From positions 1 to 64,000 of the IMG/VR virus record IMGVR_UViG_3300045988_108496: a DNA stretch of 64,000 nt, one strand, 5' to 3'. Within the stretch, counting starts at the first letter, position 1. Every line of letters starts with the position of its first letter. This DNA is from a virus. Below the pieces are notes generated by a model. The model saw only the letters and a program-made list of their open reading frames with translations. It did not search any database and was not told where the DNA came from. Made by a program: the position numbers and the translations under genes. This document shows, one piece after another, positions 7,829-18,500 of the stretch.

Positions 7829-8482
7829 ATGGAAAATGTAGAAAAAATAAAGGAAGCAACGATGCAAGGCCTACTGAAGATGTACGGTCTTTTGATGGAC
7901 GAATGCGCGGCTCAAGAAAAGCGAATATTTGACTTGGAAGATAAAGTTGCTGCACTCTCGTCTCAATTGAAGAAAAAGAAGAGATATTTGAAGTTAGAAT
8001 GTCCGCGTCTCGAACCGGCCATAAGCACTTTCAAGGAGTTTGATTTTCCTCATGGTAGAATACTAAAGCTCAAGAACGTCTCCCCCGACTCTCGCGCCGA
8101 CTACGCTATTGTGGCAGTAAAGCGTTTCTATTCAACCGACAATAAACTTGAATGTTACGCATTTTACGTTCACGAAAAGTTTGGTCTGAACAAATTGTAT
8201 ATTGCTGATAAGCAAGCGAAAAACATTTATAGCAAACCTTCCAGAGGTTTTGAAAACTACATTTTCTCCCATGTAGGATTAGACCTGAATCAAGGTTGGA
8301 AAATTGCAAGTGGTTTAATGGCTTTTGATGAAGTTGAGAAACTTTTTCAGTTGGCAGAGTCTATCGGCTACTGGACACCCTACACGATTACATCCAGTAA
8401 ACCTTCTCGTGGATGCTCTCGCGTACCTGTACACGGAGCCCATGTTAATAGTTCATTTGAAAGGATAAAAAGAAAATCATAG
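7829..8482 (+). CDS. hypothetical protein
   Basis: ATG 7829 (MENVEKIKEATMQG...) inside track ORF 7664..8482. The upstream extension overlaps the methyltransferase gene. Confidence 0.5.
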   Translation: MENVEKIKEATMQGLLKMYGLLMDECAAQEKRIFDLEDKVAALSSQLKKKKRYLKLECPRLEPAISTFKEFDFPHGRILKLKNVSPDSRADYAIVAVKRFYSTDNKLECYAFYVHEKFGLNKLYIADKQAKNIYSKPSRGFENYIFSHVGLDLNQGWKIASGLMAFDEVEKLFQLAESIGYWTPYTITSSKPSRGCSRVPVHGAHVNSSFERIKRKS

Positions 8483-8511
8483 ATACTGTAGGCATAAGAA
8501 ATGAGTTGCAA

Positions 8512-8551
8512 ATCGGTCTACCGATAACTCAAAATTCAAAATTCAAAATTC
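8512..8551 (+). repeat. hairpin + TCAAAAT-heptad element (copy a)
   Basis: ATCGGT-CT-ACCGAT, then CTCAAAATTCAAAATTCAAAATTC, ending 6 nt before ATG 8558. Confidence 0.7.
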
Positions 8552-8557
8552 GTAGTT

Positions 8558-9592
8558 ATGATTATTTCAACCATCAAGGAGCTACGGCTCCACATCCCCA
8601 GCAACGCCATCGACGAGATAAATTCTCTTCAAGGCATACTCGACAACAGCGAGAAAGATTTTCTGCGCGACAAGTTGGGCGACTCGCTTTACAACCGATT
8701 GTGCGAGTATTATCAGACCGTTTCGCCCGACGACTTCTATATGGCAGTCAGCAACGGCGAGCACACTCAGCAGCCCTGGATGCAGCTCCTGCTTATGGCA
8801 CAGCGCATGGTAACATACGATGCCATGTCGCGCTTCGCCTACACACAGGCTCTCTCTATCAATGGCACTGGCATCAACGTGGCTTCAAGTGACGACTACG
8901 GCACGGCATCCAAAGACCTGCTTGACAAGGGTGTGCAGGGCTATAAGCGCGAGGCAATGGTTTCGCTCAATCAGATGCTCGTAATGCTCGAAGGTTGGGC
9001 ACGCAAAATGGCTACACCCGCAGCCATTGCCGAAGCTGACTCCACCGACCAACCGACCAGCGAGCCAAAGGACGAGCAGCATAAGGCCATTGAGGAGATA
9101 AGTCTATTGTGGCAGGAGAGCCAGTACTACTACGCCCACCACGACCTCCTCATTGCCACATGTGCCGACCTTCAGCAATACCTCGACATCTACGAGAATC
9201 GTGAGAAGTTCATCCGTCTTCTGCCCGACCTTCACTTCATTCAAGACGAATACATCAGTGAGGCTATTGGCGAAGACACGGTGCAACGTCTGCTCCACAC
9301 CGACAATCCCAACGACAAACCCTTTCTTCGCAAGGTACGTCGCCTGATGGTGGCCCACCTCGAAGAGCGCACAACAATTCTCACTATTGACAAGGCACGC
9401 CGAGCCGCTGCTCACAACGAAGCCATTGCCTTACGCTCCTCGGTGCTCCGGCTCATGGAAATGCGCAAGGCAGCGGACGCTGCCAACACTACCCCCGACA
9501 ATCCCTCAACCAACACCACCGACTCAACAAGCAAAGGCTACGAGAACAACCAGCCAGACAGCAAGATATTCGTGTCGCCACTGCTGTATTAG
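8558..9592 (+). CDS. hypothetical virion-module protein
   Basis: 344 aa. The N-terminus IKELRLHIPSNAIDEINSLQGILDNSEKDFLRDKLG loosely recalls gp6-like head-tail connector N-termini. Weak evidence. Confidence 0.45.
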   Translation: MIISTIKELRLHIPSNAIDEINSLQGILDNSEKDFLRDKLGDSLYNRLCEYYQTVSPDDFYMAVSNGEHTQQPWMQLLLMAQRMVTYDAMSRFAYTQALSINGTGINVASSDDYGTASKDLLDKGVQGYKREAMVSLNQMLVMLEGWARKMATPAAIAEADSTDQPTSEPKDEQHKAIEEISLLWQESQYYYAHHDLLIATCADLQQYLDIYENREKFIRLLPDLHFIQDEYISEAIGEDTVQRLLHTDNPNDKPFLRKVRRLMVAHLEERTTILTIDKARRAAAHNEAIALRSSVLRLMEMRKAADAANTTPDNPSTNTTDSTSKGYENNQPDSKIFVSPLLY

Positions 9593-9599
9593 TATTTCC

Positions 9600-9639
9600 A
9601 AGGCTTATAAAGGCCCAGTAAGGCTCAGTAAGGCCCATT
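9600..9639 (+). repeat. 4 x 10-bp AAGGCYYAKT array
   Basis: AAGGCTTATA AAGGCCCAGT AAGGCTCAGT AAGGCCCATT, ending 15 nt before ATG 9655. Confidence 0.85.
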
Positions 9640-9654
9640 ATAAAAAGCAACATT

Positions 9655-10707
9655 ATGGAAGAAATAATTCGCATTCTAACCCCTGCCCTTACCGCCCGTA
9701 TGCTCACCTCCGATCAGCGTGAAGCCTTCGAGCGTGGTCTTACTCTTCTTGAGCAGAACCCACGGGCAATGTCGTTCGTAAAGGAGAGCCGACGTTTCCG
9801 CGACTATCATCGTCGTGTGCGCCAGCTCCTCACCTATCTGCAAACCATGCAGACCTCTTGCACAGAGATAAAGCGTCACGTCGGTCGCCCCACCAAGGAG
9901 GAACAGGCTCTCTATGCCGAGCAGCAGAAGGAGAAGGCTCTTGAGGAAGCGCGTCGCTCGCTCTTCCCCGACCTGCAGCCCGACCTCACCTTGCAGCCTC
10001 TCACCTACGGCGGCATCGTGGCCAACCCCAACGGCGAGACCATAGCGTCCACCATGCCCAACCTCATGCAGCTCCGACCCTTCCTCTCCGTCCGACTGCA
10101 AGAGCAAGTCAACACCGTGCGCTCCTTGCGCAACGAGATGGCAGCAAAGTCTGAGCAAGCCAAGACTATGGTCGAAGCCAATGAGAAGGCAGGCAGACCT
10201 ATCTACACCGAAGAAGAGATTGCCCATCTCGCCACCCGTGCCGTAAAGATAGAAAGCGACATCCTCCCTCGTATCTACATCAACGTAGACCGCGAGATTG
10301 GCGAGGCGTACCTTCGCCTATCCCCACGCACCGGCGACCCCGAATACATCGCCCGAATAGAGAAGGCGTGCAACGTCCCACCGCAGAATTTACGCGCCCA
10401 GTTCCGTCCTTTTTATGAAAAAGCACTTGCCCGTGACCCTCTCTTCGCCCAGTCGGTAGCCGACAAGATAGCCAACGACCGCCCCGAGGTGAAAGCCGCT
10501 CGCGACGCAGCAGCCAAGCACAAAGCCGAAGCCGACGCTCTCATCAAGTACATTTTGCGAAAGGACAAGCCATCGACCAAAGCCCGTGCAAAAGGCCTTG
10601 CCGACCGCATCGCCCAACTCCGCAAAGACTACGCCGACATTGTGACTGAAGACGAACTGAAAGGCTACGAGGCTATTCTTGAGAAAGTAAAAGAAGAAAT
10701 GAAATGA
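9655..10707 (+). CDS. hypothetical helical/charged protein (scaffold-like composition)
   Basis: 350 aa, Ala/Glu/Lys/Arg-rich. Preceded by a 4 x 10-bp AAGGCYYAKT array. Confidence 0.45.
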   Translation: MEEIIRILTPALTARMLTSDQREAFERGLTLLEQNPRAMSFVKESRRFRDYHRRVRQLLTYLQTMQTSCTEIKRHVGRPTKEEQALYAEQQKEKALEEARRSLFPDLQPDLTLQPLTYGGIVANPNGETIASTMPNLMQLRPFLSVRLQEQVNTVRSLRNEMAAKSEQAKTMVEANEKAGRPIYTEEEIAHLATRAVKIESDILPRIYINVDREIGEAYLRLSPRTGDPEYIARIEKACNVPPQNLRAQFRPFYEKALARDPLFAQSVADKIANDRPEVKAARDAAAKHKAEADALIKYILRKDKPSTKARAKGLADRIAQLRKDYADIVTEDELKGYEAILEKVKEEMK

Positions 10708-11345
10708 CACCATTCGAGATATTAAAGACTATTTGCACCCATGCCTGCCACGACCGCCACGCTTGCGCCGAGGGCTATTGTGCCATGCTTGCCACCGAAA
10801 ATATCAGTCAGCTTATGGCTGTGTGGCGATCCAACTGGGAAGACATAGTAGAGAGCAAGTATGCCGACATCATTAACGACCGTCTGCCTGCCCTCTACCC
10901 CACCCTAAGAGCAGAAATGAATGCAGCTGGCATCTACGTCAACGAATGTCCGAAGACAGCACCAGAGTTTGTGTTTGTCCTCGTTACTGACTATGACACT
11001 ATCGTTGACATCAACGACTATGCCCGCTGCTACATCTTGGGCAAAGCCTACGTCCGTGCATGGAATCACAGTCAGTTGTATAGCGACCGTTGCGACCAAG
11101 CCCTAATCGAAATCCACGACCATGCCTATGGCCATGTGAGCAAAGGTTGGGTTGCAGCCTACACAGCTGCCCGACTATGGACCACCGCCGATGCCGTGCT
11201 CAATGGCAGCGTGACGTGCGAGGCACACGGAGGCACAGTTAGAGCTCGCTCCTACCGCAAGCTCGAAGCCTACGGTGACACAAAGGTATATGCCGCATCA
11301 GAACGAAACATTACACTCTACGGCAACGCCAAAATAATAGTATAA
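10704..11345 (+). CDS. hypothetical protein
   Basis: 213 aa. The ATG overlaps the upstream stop (ATGA). No motif recognised. Confidence 0.5.
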   Translation: MTPFEILKTICTHACHDRHACAEGYCAMLATENISQLMAVWRSNWEDIVESKYADIINDRLPALYPTLRAEMNAAGIYVNECPKTAPEFVFVLVTDYDTIVDINDYARCYILGKAYVRAWNHSQLYSDRCDQALIEIHDHAYGHVSKGWVAAYTAARLWTTADAVLNGSVTCEAHGGTVRARSYRKLEAYGDTKVYAASERNITLYGNAKIIV

Positions 11346-11350
11346 CACTT

Positions 11351-11427
11351 AAAGCCCAGCAAGGCTTAGAAAGGCTTAATAGTTTCCCAAGGCTTAGAAA
11401 GGCCAGTAAGGCCCAGTAAGGCTTATT
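11351..11427 (+). repeat. 7-unit AAGGCYYAKT array (3 + 4 units)
   Basis: AAAGCCCAGC AAGGCTTAGA AAGGCTTAAT, an 8-nt gap, then AAGGCTTAGA AAGGCCAGT AAGGCCCAGT AAGGCTTATT. Ends 12 nt before ATG 11440. Confidence 0.85.
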
Positions 11428-11439
11428 AAAAAAATCAAC

Positions 11440-14274
11440 ATGAACAGCAAACTAACCATTCTTGCCGACGGCAAGCCCCTCGCCCTGAAGGAAGACGCAT
11501 CCATCAGCATCGAGTTGAGCAATCCCTTGTTCAACGACGTTGAGATGTTCTCCTATCCCGTAGAGCTGCCCTTGGAAGGCAACCGTCACTTTTTGAAGAA
11601 CGTGGATGATGTCAGTTCCGACATTCGCCCCGTCAGCTACGAGCACACACCTATGCAGATCGTCGCCGACGGCGTACCCTTCGCCTCCGGCACAGCCATC
11701 ATCCAGGAAGATGAACGCTTAGAAGACTCCCTCTCGCTCAACATCGACGCATCCACACAGTCATTCTCCGACCTCATTAGCGACCTCAAGTGCAACGAGG
11801 TGCCTATACCTTCTAAATATAAGGACCAGCTCTTGATAGGCGAGAAGATTGATGAAGTGAATGTTAGCGTGTCGTATAACACTGAGGTGGTTATTAAATA
11901 CAAAGGTAAGAAAGGTAACAAGAAGTATGGTTCGGTGGGCAAATCTGACACTCACGCTACCTTCTCTCCCCAGGCCCTCGGTTTCTCTTATCCTGCTCAG
12001 TGCAAGGAGGCAGGCGACAAGCACGCGGCTGTATTGAAGAAGATATACATCTATCCGAACAGTAACGAAGTGAATGTGCCCGACGTTCTTACGTCATACA
12101 TCAACGTGAGCGACCCCTACCCCATCAAGCCGTTCTGCAATGCCCGTGTATGCTACAAGCATTACGATCTTGCCGAAGACGGCTCAACGTCAGACAAGGT
12201 TGTAGAGTCTATCGACACCCGTAAAGGAGAGGATGATAAAAATACGAGCGAAAAGGAAATGTACGAAGACCGTGGTCCTATCTGGGTATTGGATGCCGAC
12301 CGTCCGCAGTCGGGCATCTGCTTCTACGTGTTGTTCTTTCTCGACTGCCTCTTCGAGCACCTTGGCGTGCAGTTTGACAATTCGGCTCTTACAGCCATCG
12401 GCGACATGAACCGCCTCTGCTTCTTCACCACAAAATGCTCCTACGACATCGAGCCGTTGTATTATGGCGAGAAGTACAAGGAGGAAGACGAAGCCGTGGA
12501 AGCCGGATTGAAAACCACGGACGATATTAAGGTCGGCTTCTTTCAGAAGCAAGCTAACAGCGAAAAGGAGGTAAAAAATCTTTTTGAAGATGTAAATATA
12601 TGGCTCAGTTCGCGCGGTTGTGGCGGTCAGCTCAAACTCGAAAATCCCAAAGACAAGAGCGTGCAGGAGGTCAGATACCGTGAGGTTACGTATAAGGTGG
12701 TAGAGAAGAAGTACGAAGGTGGCTTCTACAACCAAGGTGTTTTCAAGGCCACCGAAGTGGTAGCTGTGGAAGGCGACTGGGTAACTGAACGTGTAGGCGA
12801 GAACAAAATTGCAAGCATCACTTGCAAGAGTACCATCGATTCGGCGCAGATGAGTGCAAGTATCTTCCGTATGTATGCCAACGGCAAAAACTTCCCTGCC
12901 GAGTCGGTGTCAGATGTTATCGACTCGCTTGAACAGCAGTTCGGCATAAAGTTTCATTATGACTACGAACAGAAAAAGGTTACGGCTTATCTCATTCGTG
13001 ACGTGTTCCGCAAGCAGAATCCCGACCCTCGCCCCCTCCATGCCGAAGTGCTCTCTATGGTACCCATGACGGAGAAGATAACCGGTGTGCGTGCCGGATA
13101 TGCAGCCGAAAGCGAAGCCAAAGAGCAAAAGGACAACGTGAAGAACAAAGTGAAGGACTACAACACCGATTACGACTACATCGAATACCCCAAGAACCGC
13201 ACCGTGACAAGTCTTACATATAAGGATATTATTCATCGTGTGCAAAATGGCGAAATGAGCGTGTTCATAGACCTTCAGACGGGCAATAAGTATCGTGTGA
13301 AGATTGACAAGGATTTTACCAATGCTGGCGATATGAATCCGCGACTGTTTGAGGTGGGAGCCATGAAGGGAGTGGAAACAGGCGATTGTTCTACGCTCAA
13401 CGAAGACTACATCATAGAGTTCAAGTCATCGTTTGTTCCTGTCGGAATGGTGGATGCCAACTACCGTAAAGCTCTATCATCAACATCGGGCAGCACGTGC
13501 GTTAGCGATGACCCAAAGCAGCCAACCGAAGTAGGTAAGGAATATAAAGGTAAAGAGGTTGGAGGATTGAACGAGTCTTACGCCAAGACCCAGATGGCAG
13601 CTCTCATCGACGAGGATATGGAGCATGAGTTTGTGAAGCAATACATCAAGAACCCCATGTCGTCAATGGTTGCCGACTTCTACGTTACCGAAGAACTCTC
13701 GCTGCGTGAGAGCTATGATCCGTCGTCTACCGATGACGGCAACTCGCCCCTTCAGTCATACGACTGGGGCTTGTCTGTGGCTATCATGCGAGGTGGCGGC
13801 ATCGATGCGACACACGAAGCCTACGGCTATAACTATGACGGATTCGGCAACTCGAAGTGGCGCACAAAGGCTGGCGACTATGCCCTTACTACCGACTCCA
13901 TCGACCCATACGGCAACGAGTACGACTACAACGGCGTTGAGTCGGGCATCGGCAACGAGGAACGCTTCTCCTTGAAGCCACGTGCTTGGGTGCAGCCCGA
14001 ATGGGCAGACGCTCCACTCGTAGTAAACACTCCATCGGTAAAGAACCGAGGCTACGTAGACGTGTTCCTCGTCGATTACATCTACTTCCTCCTTCACCGT
14101 AAGAAGTATTACGTCAAGTGCCTCGCCTCCGTAGCGCAGATAGCCGACATTCAGAACCACTGGAAAGAGTGGTGGACCATTGACGGCAAGAAATGCCTAA
14201 TCAACAAGGTAAATGCCGACGTGACGGCGAAGGAAGGAATGGGAGAAGTAGAAATGGAAATCTACAGCATTTAA
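11440..14274 (+). CDS. large virion structural protein (baseplate/tail-like)
   Basis: 944 aa. Lies in the structural gene run upstream of the fibre genes. Preceded by a 7 x 10-bp AAGGC array. Function inferred from size and position only. Confidence 0.5.
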   Translation: MNSKLTILADGKPLALKEDASISIELSNPLFNDVEMFSYPVELPLEGNRHFLKNVDDVSSDIRPVSYEHTPMQIVADGVPFASGTAIIQEDERLEDSLSLNIDASTQSFSDLISDLKCNEVPIPSKYKDQLLIGEKIDEVNVSVSYNTEVVIKYKGKKGNKKYGSVGKSDTHATFSPQALGFSYPAQCKEAGDKHAAVLKKIYIYPNSNEVNVPDVLTSYINVSDPYPIKPFCNARVCYKHYDLAEDGSTSDKVVESIDTRKGEDDKNTSEKEMYEDRGPIWVLDADRPQSGICFYVLFFLDCLFEHLGVQFDNSALTAIGDMNRLCFFTTKCSYDIEPLYYGEKYKEEDEAVEAGLKTTDDIKVGFFQKQANSEKEVKNLFEDVNIWLSSRGCGGQLKLENPKDKSVQEVRYREVTYKVVEKKYEGGFYNQGVFKATEVVAVEGDWVTERVGENKIASITCKSTIDSAQMSASIFRMYANGKNFPAESVSDVIDSLEQQFGIKFHYDYEQKKVTAYLIRDVFRKQNPDPRPLHAEVLSMVPMTEKITGVRAGYAAESEAKEQKDNVKNKVKDYNTDYDYIEYPKNRTVTSLTYKDIIHRVQNGEMSVFIDLQTGNKYRVKIDKDFTNAGDMNPRLFEVGAMKGVETGDCSTLNEDYIIEFKSSFVPVGMVDANYRKALSSTSGSTCVSDDPKQPTEVGKEYKGKEVGGLNESYAKTQMAALIDEDMEHEFVKQYIKNPMSSMVADFYVTEELSLRESYDPSSTDDGNSPLQSYDWGLSVAIMRGGGIDATHEAYGYNYDGFGNSKWRTKAGDYALTTDSIDPYGNEYDYNGVESGIGNEERFSLKPRAWVQPEWADAPLVVNTPSVKNRGYVDVFLVDYIYFLLHRKKYYVKCLASVAQIADIQNHWKEWWTIDGKKCLINKVNADVTAKEGMGEVEMEIYSI

Positions 14275-14310
14275 CTAATAAATAATAATTACCAATTAAT
14301 AATTAAAGCA

Positions 14311-15348
14311 ATGGCAAGTTATTTAAAATTACTATCCGGTTCGGTGTTTAATGGTAATCCTATCTCTTTTATTGTTAAACCTATTAATTTAAATAAAACG
14401 CCCTCTTTCCATCGTATGATATTCGAGATAAAATGCGGTATAAGCGAAGGAAACTATGAAACCATAAAGATGTCGGAACCTATAATCAGCGAAAAAGTTA
14501 GAAATGTTGTGGTTGATATTTCCTCTGCTCTACGTTCTTTTCGCGATTCGTATATTTACAAGTCCGAACCTGGTGTAATGCCCGTAGTGAAGTTCAACGT
14601 GTCGGCATACGACGAGTATATGCTTGATGGTGAAGTATATAAGACATCACCGGTGTCTTACTTGTCCGGAGACGATGTGAAGCAGACCCTATTCGGAGGC
14701 TTCTCCGATTACGACCGACTCACGGCCACAAACGACACAATGCCCGTTAGCCGCATGACACGCAAGCCCACGACCATACCGCAGTTGGCATGTGTAGGCG
14801 AAACTATCATCTACGTAGATCCCTACTCGCCTGCCATCGACTTCACCACAGCCACATGGGATGCGCCCGAAGCCAAGGCTTTCACGATAACCAACGAAGG
14901 ACGACAAACCATTGGCGACATTAGCGTTTATGCCATGCCGCAGGCAGAAGCTGTCCGTCGCACGGAGTTCCGCTTCATCAATTCGTTCGGTGTATTGGAG
15001 AGCGTCAGTGTACCGAGAGTATATAGCAAGAAGCTCAGTATTACAACCAATAATTACACCTTGACACAGAAAGAATCTCTGCGCTCGATCTCACGCGCAG
15101 CAACTCGCAAGCAGAACAATCAGGAGGAATGGAACTTCCAGACTGACCCTCTCGATGAAGCATGGCTCGCATGGTATCTGCATGAGTTCCTGATGACAGA
15201 ACACGCATGGATAAACATCAACGGCAAGTTTCTGCCTTGCACCATCACAGCCGACGACGAAATCTCTTTTGATGATAAGACAAAAGAAGGTGTACACAGC
15301 GTGTCGTTTACGGCGAAACTCGACTTCCGAGGAAGCACAATCATTTGA
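14311..15348 (+). CDS. hypothetical virion-module protein
   Basis: 345-aa track ORF between large structural genes. Confidence 0.5.
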   Translation: MASYLKLLSGSVFNGNPISFIVKPINLNKTPSFHRMIFEIKCGISEGNYETIKMSEPIISEKVRNVVVDISSALRSFRDSYIYKSEPGVMPVVKFNVSAYDEYMLDGEVYKTSPVSYLSGDDVKQTLFGGFSDYDRLTATNDTMPVSRMTRKPTTIPQLACVGETIIYVDPYSPAIDFTTATWDAPEAKAFTITNEGRQTIGDISVYAMPQAEAVRRTEFRFINSFGVLESVSVPRVYSKKLSITTNNYTLTQKESLRSISRAATRKQNNQEEWNFQTDPLDEAWLAWYLHEFLMTEHAWININGKFLPCTITADDEISFDDKTKEGVHSVSFTAKLDFRGSTII

Positions 15349-15396
15349 GTTTTGAAATTCGAGTTTTGAATTAGGAACCGGTCGGCTTGCAGCCGA
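15347..15396 (-). repeat. hairpin + heptad element (copy b, inverted)
   Basis: GAGTTTTGAAATTCGAGTTTTGAATT, then TCGGCT-TGC-AGCCGA. Confidence 0.7.
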
Positions 15397-15503
15397 TTTA
15401 CGACCTCAAGAGTCACCATGCTCCTGCGGTCGTTTGCGTTTAAGTATGTCCGTATTATACTAACGCTTTTTTCTAAATTCGTAACAGAAAATCAACATAA
15501 TAT

Positions 15504-18500
15504 ATGACACAAGCAACAACCAGAGACTATTGGATTTCGCCCTCGGCATTGCACATCGAACTAAATGCCCTTGGCAATCCTGACTATATTCAGGCATCGT
15601 GCATAAGCGGTGCCCAAATTCTTGTGTACGTTAAGAATATTATCGGCTTCGATGCTGGACACAATTACCGGCGCTGGTCCTTGCAGGCAGTTCCAACGGT
15701 ATTCAACACCCACACCGAGAAATACGTTTATGCCGCCATCCCTCGCGACATGACGCTCACGGCTTCGGCATTGATTGTGTTCCCGTCTGAGCAGGTAGAC
15801 ATCTACGGCAAGAACGAAAAAGAAGAGCAGATAGGCGATGAGAAGTACTACTACATCTTTCTGCAAGGTGTCATCACCTCGTCGGGTGATAATGGCACGG
15901 TGCAGCGCGATTGGAAGGAAGGCTGCAGAATCGTATATGGCTACTTGTCCTCAGACGAAGCAATCAGTGCCATTCCCTACGAAAGCGAGTGGTATAACTA
16001 TGCTTCGGTAGACGGAATCGTAACATTCCTCAAGGACATCACGATGAAGGCGGGCTCTAAATTTCGCCAACTTTTCGCAAAGACTCTCACTATTGTGTCC
16101 GGAGGACATATCGCTTTTGAAGGACAAGGCGAGGTGAATGGAGTAGCCACAACGGGCACGCAGTTTGAGTCTACCGACAAGATTGTAACTCCGAAGTTTC
16201 TTGACGATAATGCGCTGTCAAAAGTAAAACAGGATGTCGCGCAGAAACTTATCCGTTTTTTGGAAGGTATCGCATTCGGCGAACAGAGCGACAATAACCC
16301 TCTCGGCATCTCCTCTGACGGAATCGCCACACTCAAAGAGGTTGTGTCAGCTGCGTTCCGTTCGGGTGCGCTCGGCTCTGGTTTTAAGCTTGGTGATTAC
16401 AACGGAAGTGGTGACAGTTACTTGGAGGTAGACCGCCTGCTTGTGCGCAAGGCGGCGGAGTTCGTAAGGCTCGTAATCCGAGAGTTGCAAAGCGTAGGTG
16501 GTGAGATTGTTCTGTCGCCTGCTGCCATGAAGATTAGCAATGTGGTCTATTTCGAGAAAGGTGTGTATCTTCCCGAATATGAAGCTCTTCCTCTGCGCTA
16601 CAATGTTTACCGCTGCTACTTCTCGCAGAAGAAAGGCGACGAAGAGATTGAGAACCAGTTCGTCGAGGACGACCTTGTGCGCTGTCAGACGTTCAACGTC
16701 AAGGAGGGCGTGAATGAGAACGTGAAGAACAGATACTACTGGCGTAAGGTGTACAAGGTAGGCAAAGATTTCATTGATGTGCTTGCTGATTTCTGCGATA
16801 CTGGCAGCGATATTCCGCAGGCAGGTGACGAGCTTGTACAGATGGGCAATACGACGGACACGGCACGCCAGTCAGTCGTTGTTCTATCGGCATACGGAGC
16901 GGATGCGCCATCGTTAAAGATGTACGAAGGCGTAGATAGCTACTCGTTAGAAAACAAGGAGGTCTTTGTCCTATCGCGTTCCGAGATGTTCGCCATAGCC
17001 GATAAGTTTAGGTTCGTTACGCGCAAGGCTAATGGCGAGATAGAAAGCACGCAGTCGTTTGCGGAGCTTGTGATGTCCGTGGATGGGCTCAGAACAACGG
17101 TCAAAAGAAACAAAGAAGAGCTTGACGACGAGATAAAAAGCACGCAGTCGCAGATAACACAGACCGCAAATGATATAAGAACAGAGGTTAGGAGAGACTA
17201 CTCTACCAAGAAGGATGTAAACGACCAAATAGCAACTGTTAGCTCTTCTATAACACAGACCGCTACACAGATAGCGATGAAGGTGGGCTACACTCTTGCC
17301 GAGCGACGTAACCTGCTCGTCGGCTCGTTGTTCCGCAAGCAAGGCGAGGGTTTCTTTCTTCTGCGCTCTAAGATATATCGCACGTCGGCGCATGAGGGTG
17401 CTAATGTGATATTCGCACCAGAAGCTAAAGCAGGCGGTGTGCAATGGGGTGGAGCGGCGAACTCTCACAACATACACGTCACCAAGGGCAAGACGTACAC
17501 GCTGGCTTTCTGGGTACGCACGAAGTCTGCCAGAGTAGAAATTGTGGGCGAGACGATATGGCATAGCTCGGCAACCGACACGTCGCGACCAAGTGGATAT
17601 ACCGGTCCTAACGGTAGTGCGAATTTAGGCGGCGTAACGATAACGCCAAGCAACGGATGGTATCTCTACCAAAAAACCTTTACCGTGGCAGCGAACGCCC
17701 CTTATGAGTGGATTTCCGTGGCGTGTCTAAAAGCTAACGCATCTACTGCGAGTCAGCAGGTGTACATCGCCCACCCTATCCTCATAGAGGGTACGGCGGA
17801 GGACTTTGTGTGTTGGAGCGCATCGCCTGACGACTACGACTACATCGGGGGCAACTTGCTTGACAACACGCGCACGTTTAATAAGACAGGCAATCTGATG
17901 CGAATGGATGCGTCAGTGGTAACTAACGGGTCGTACAACAACGGATGCTCGGTAATATATGCAAACGCTGCCTCCAAATACATTGAGATGGCGCAGTGGA
18001 GCGTTAGCTCTATCATCAAGAAAAATGAGGACTACATATTATCCTTTATGGCAAAAGGTTCCGGCAGCATCGACGCATACATGTGGAGTGGTTCTAATCT
18101 AAGCATATTCGCCGAGGACAGCGAGCGCGATACAACAACGAGCAACGCCGACGGAGGTCGTCGCTTCTCTCTCACAAGCGAGTGGAAGCGTTATTGGGTA
18201 CACTGGCGTTCTGAGGGCACTGGCATACCTAATTATGTATTAATCCGTTGTTCGCAAGGCGGAAAGGCGTGGGTGACAATGCCGAAGTTGGAGGTGGGTG
18301 CAACGCCTACCGATTGGATAGAGGGCAAGAGTGGTTTTATCGAAGACAGTGGCATTGCAGCCAAACTACTGCGCACAGGCTTAGACGTCGAAAATGGCAA
18401 GATAACGGCAACGGCGGATAAGTTCGAGGTACGCAACAACAGCGGTGAGACAACGGCAAGCGTTAATGAGAAAGGTTTGTTAGAGGTTGGCGCAGGAGTT

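Noticed and set aside
8558-9592. Major capsid protein
   Set aside because: The sequence looks largely helical and acidic in the middle rather than HK97-like. No capsid call is made, and I recognised no MCP anywhere in the window.
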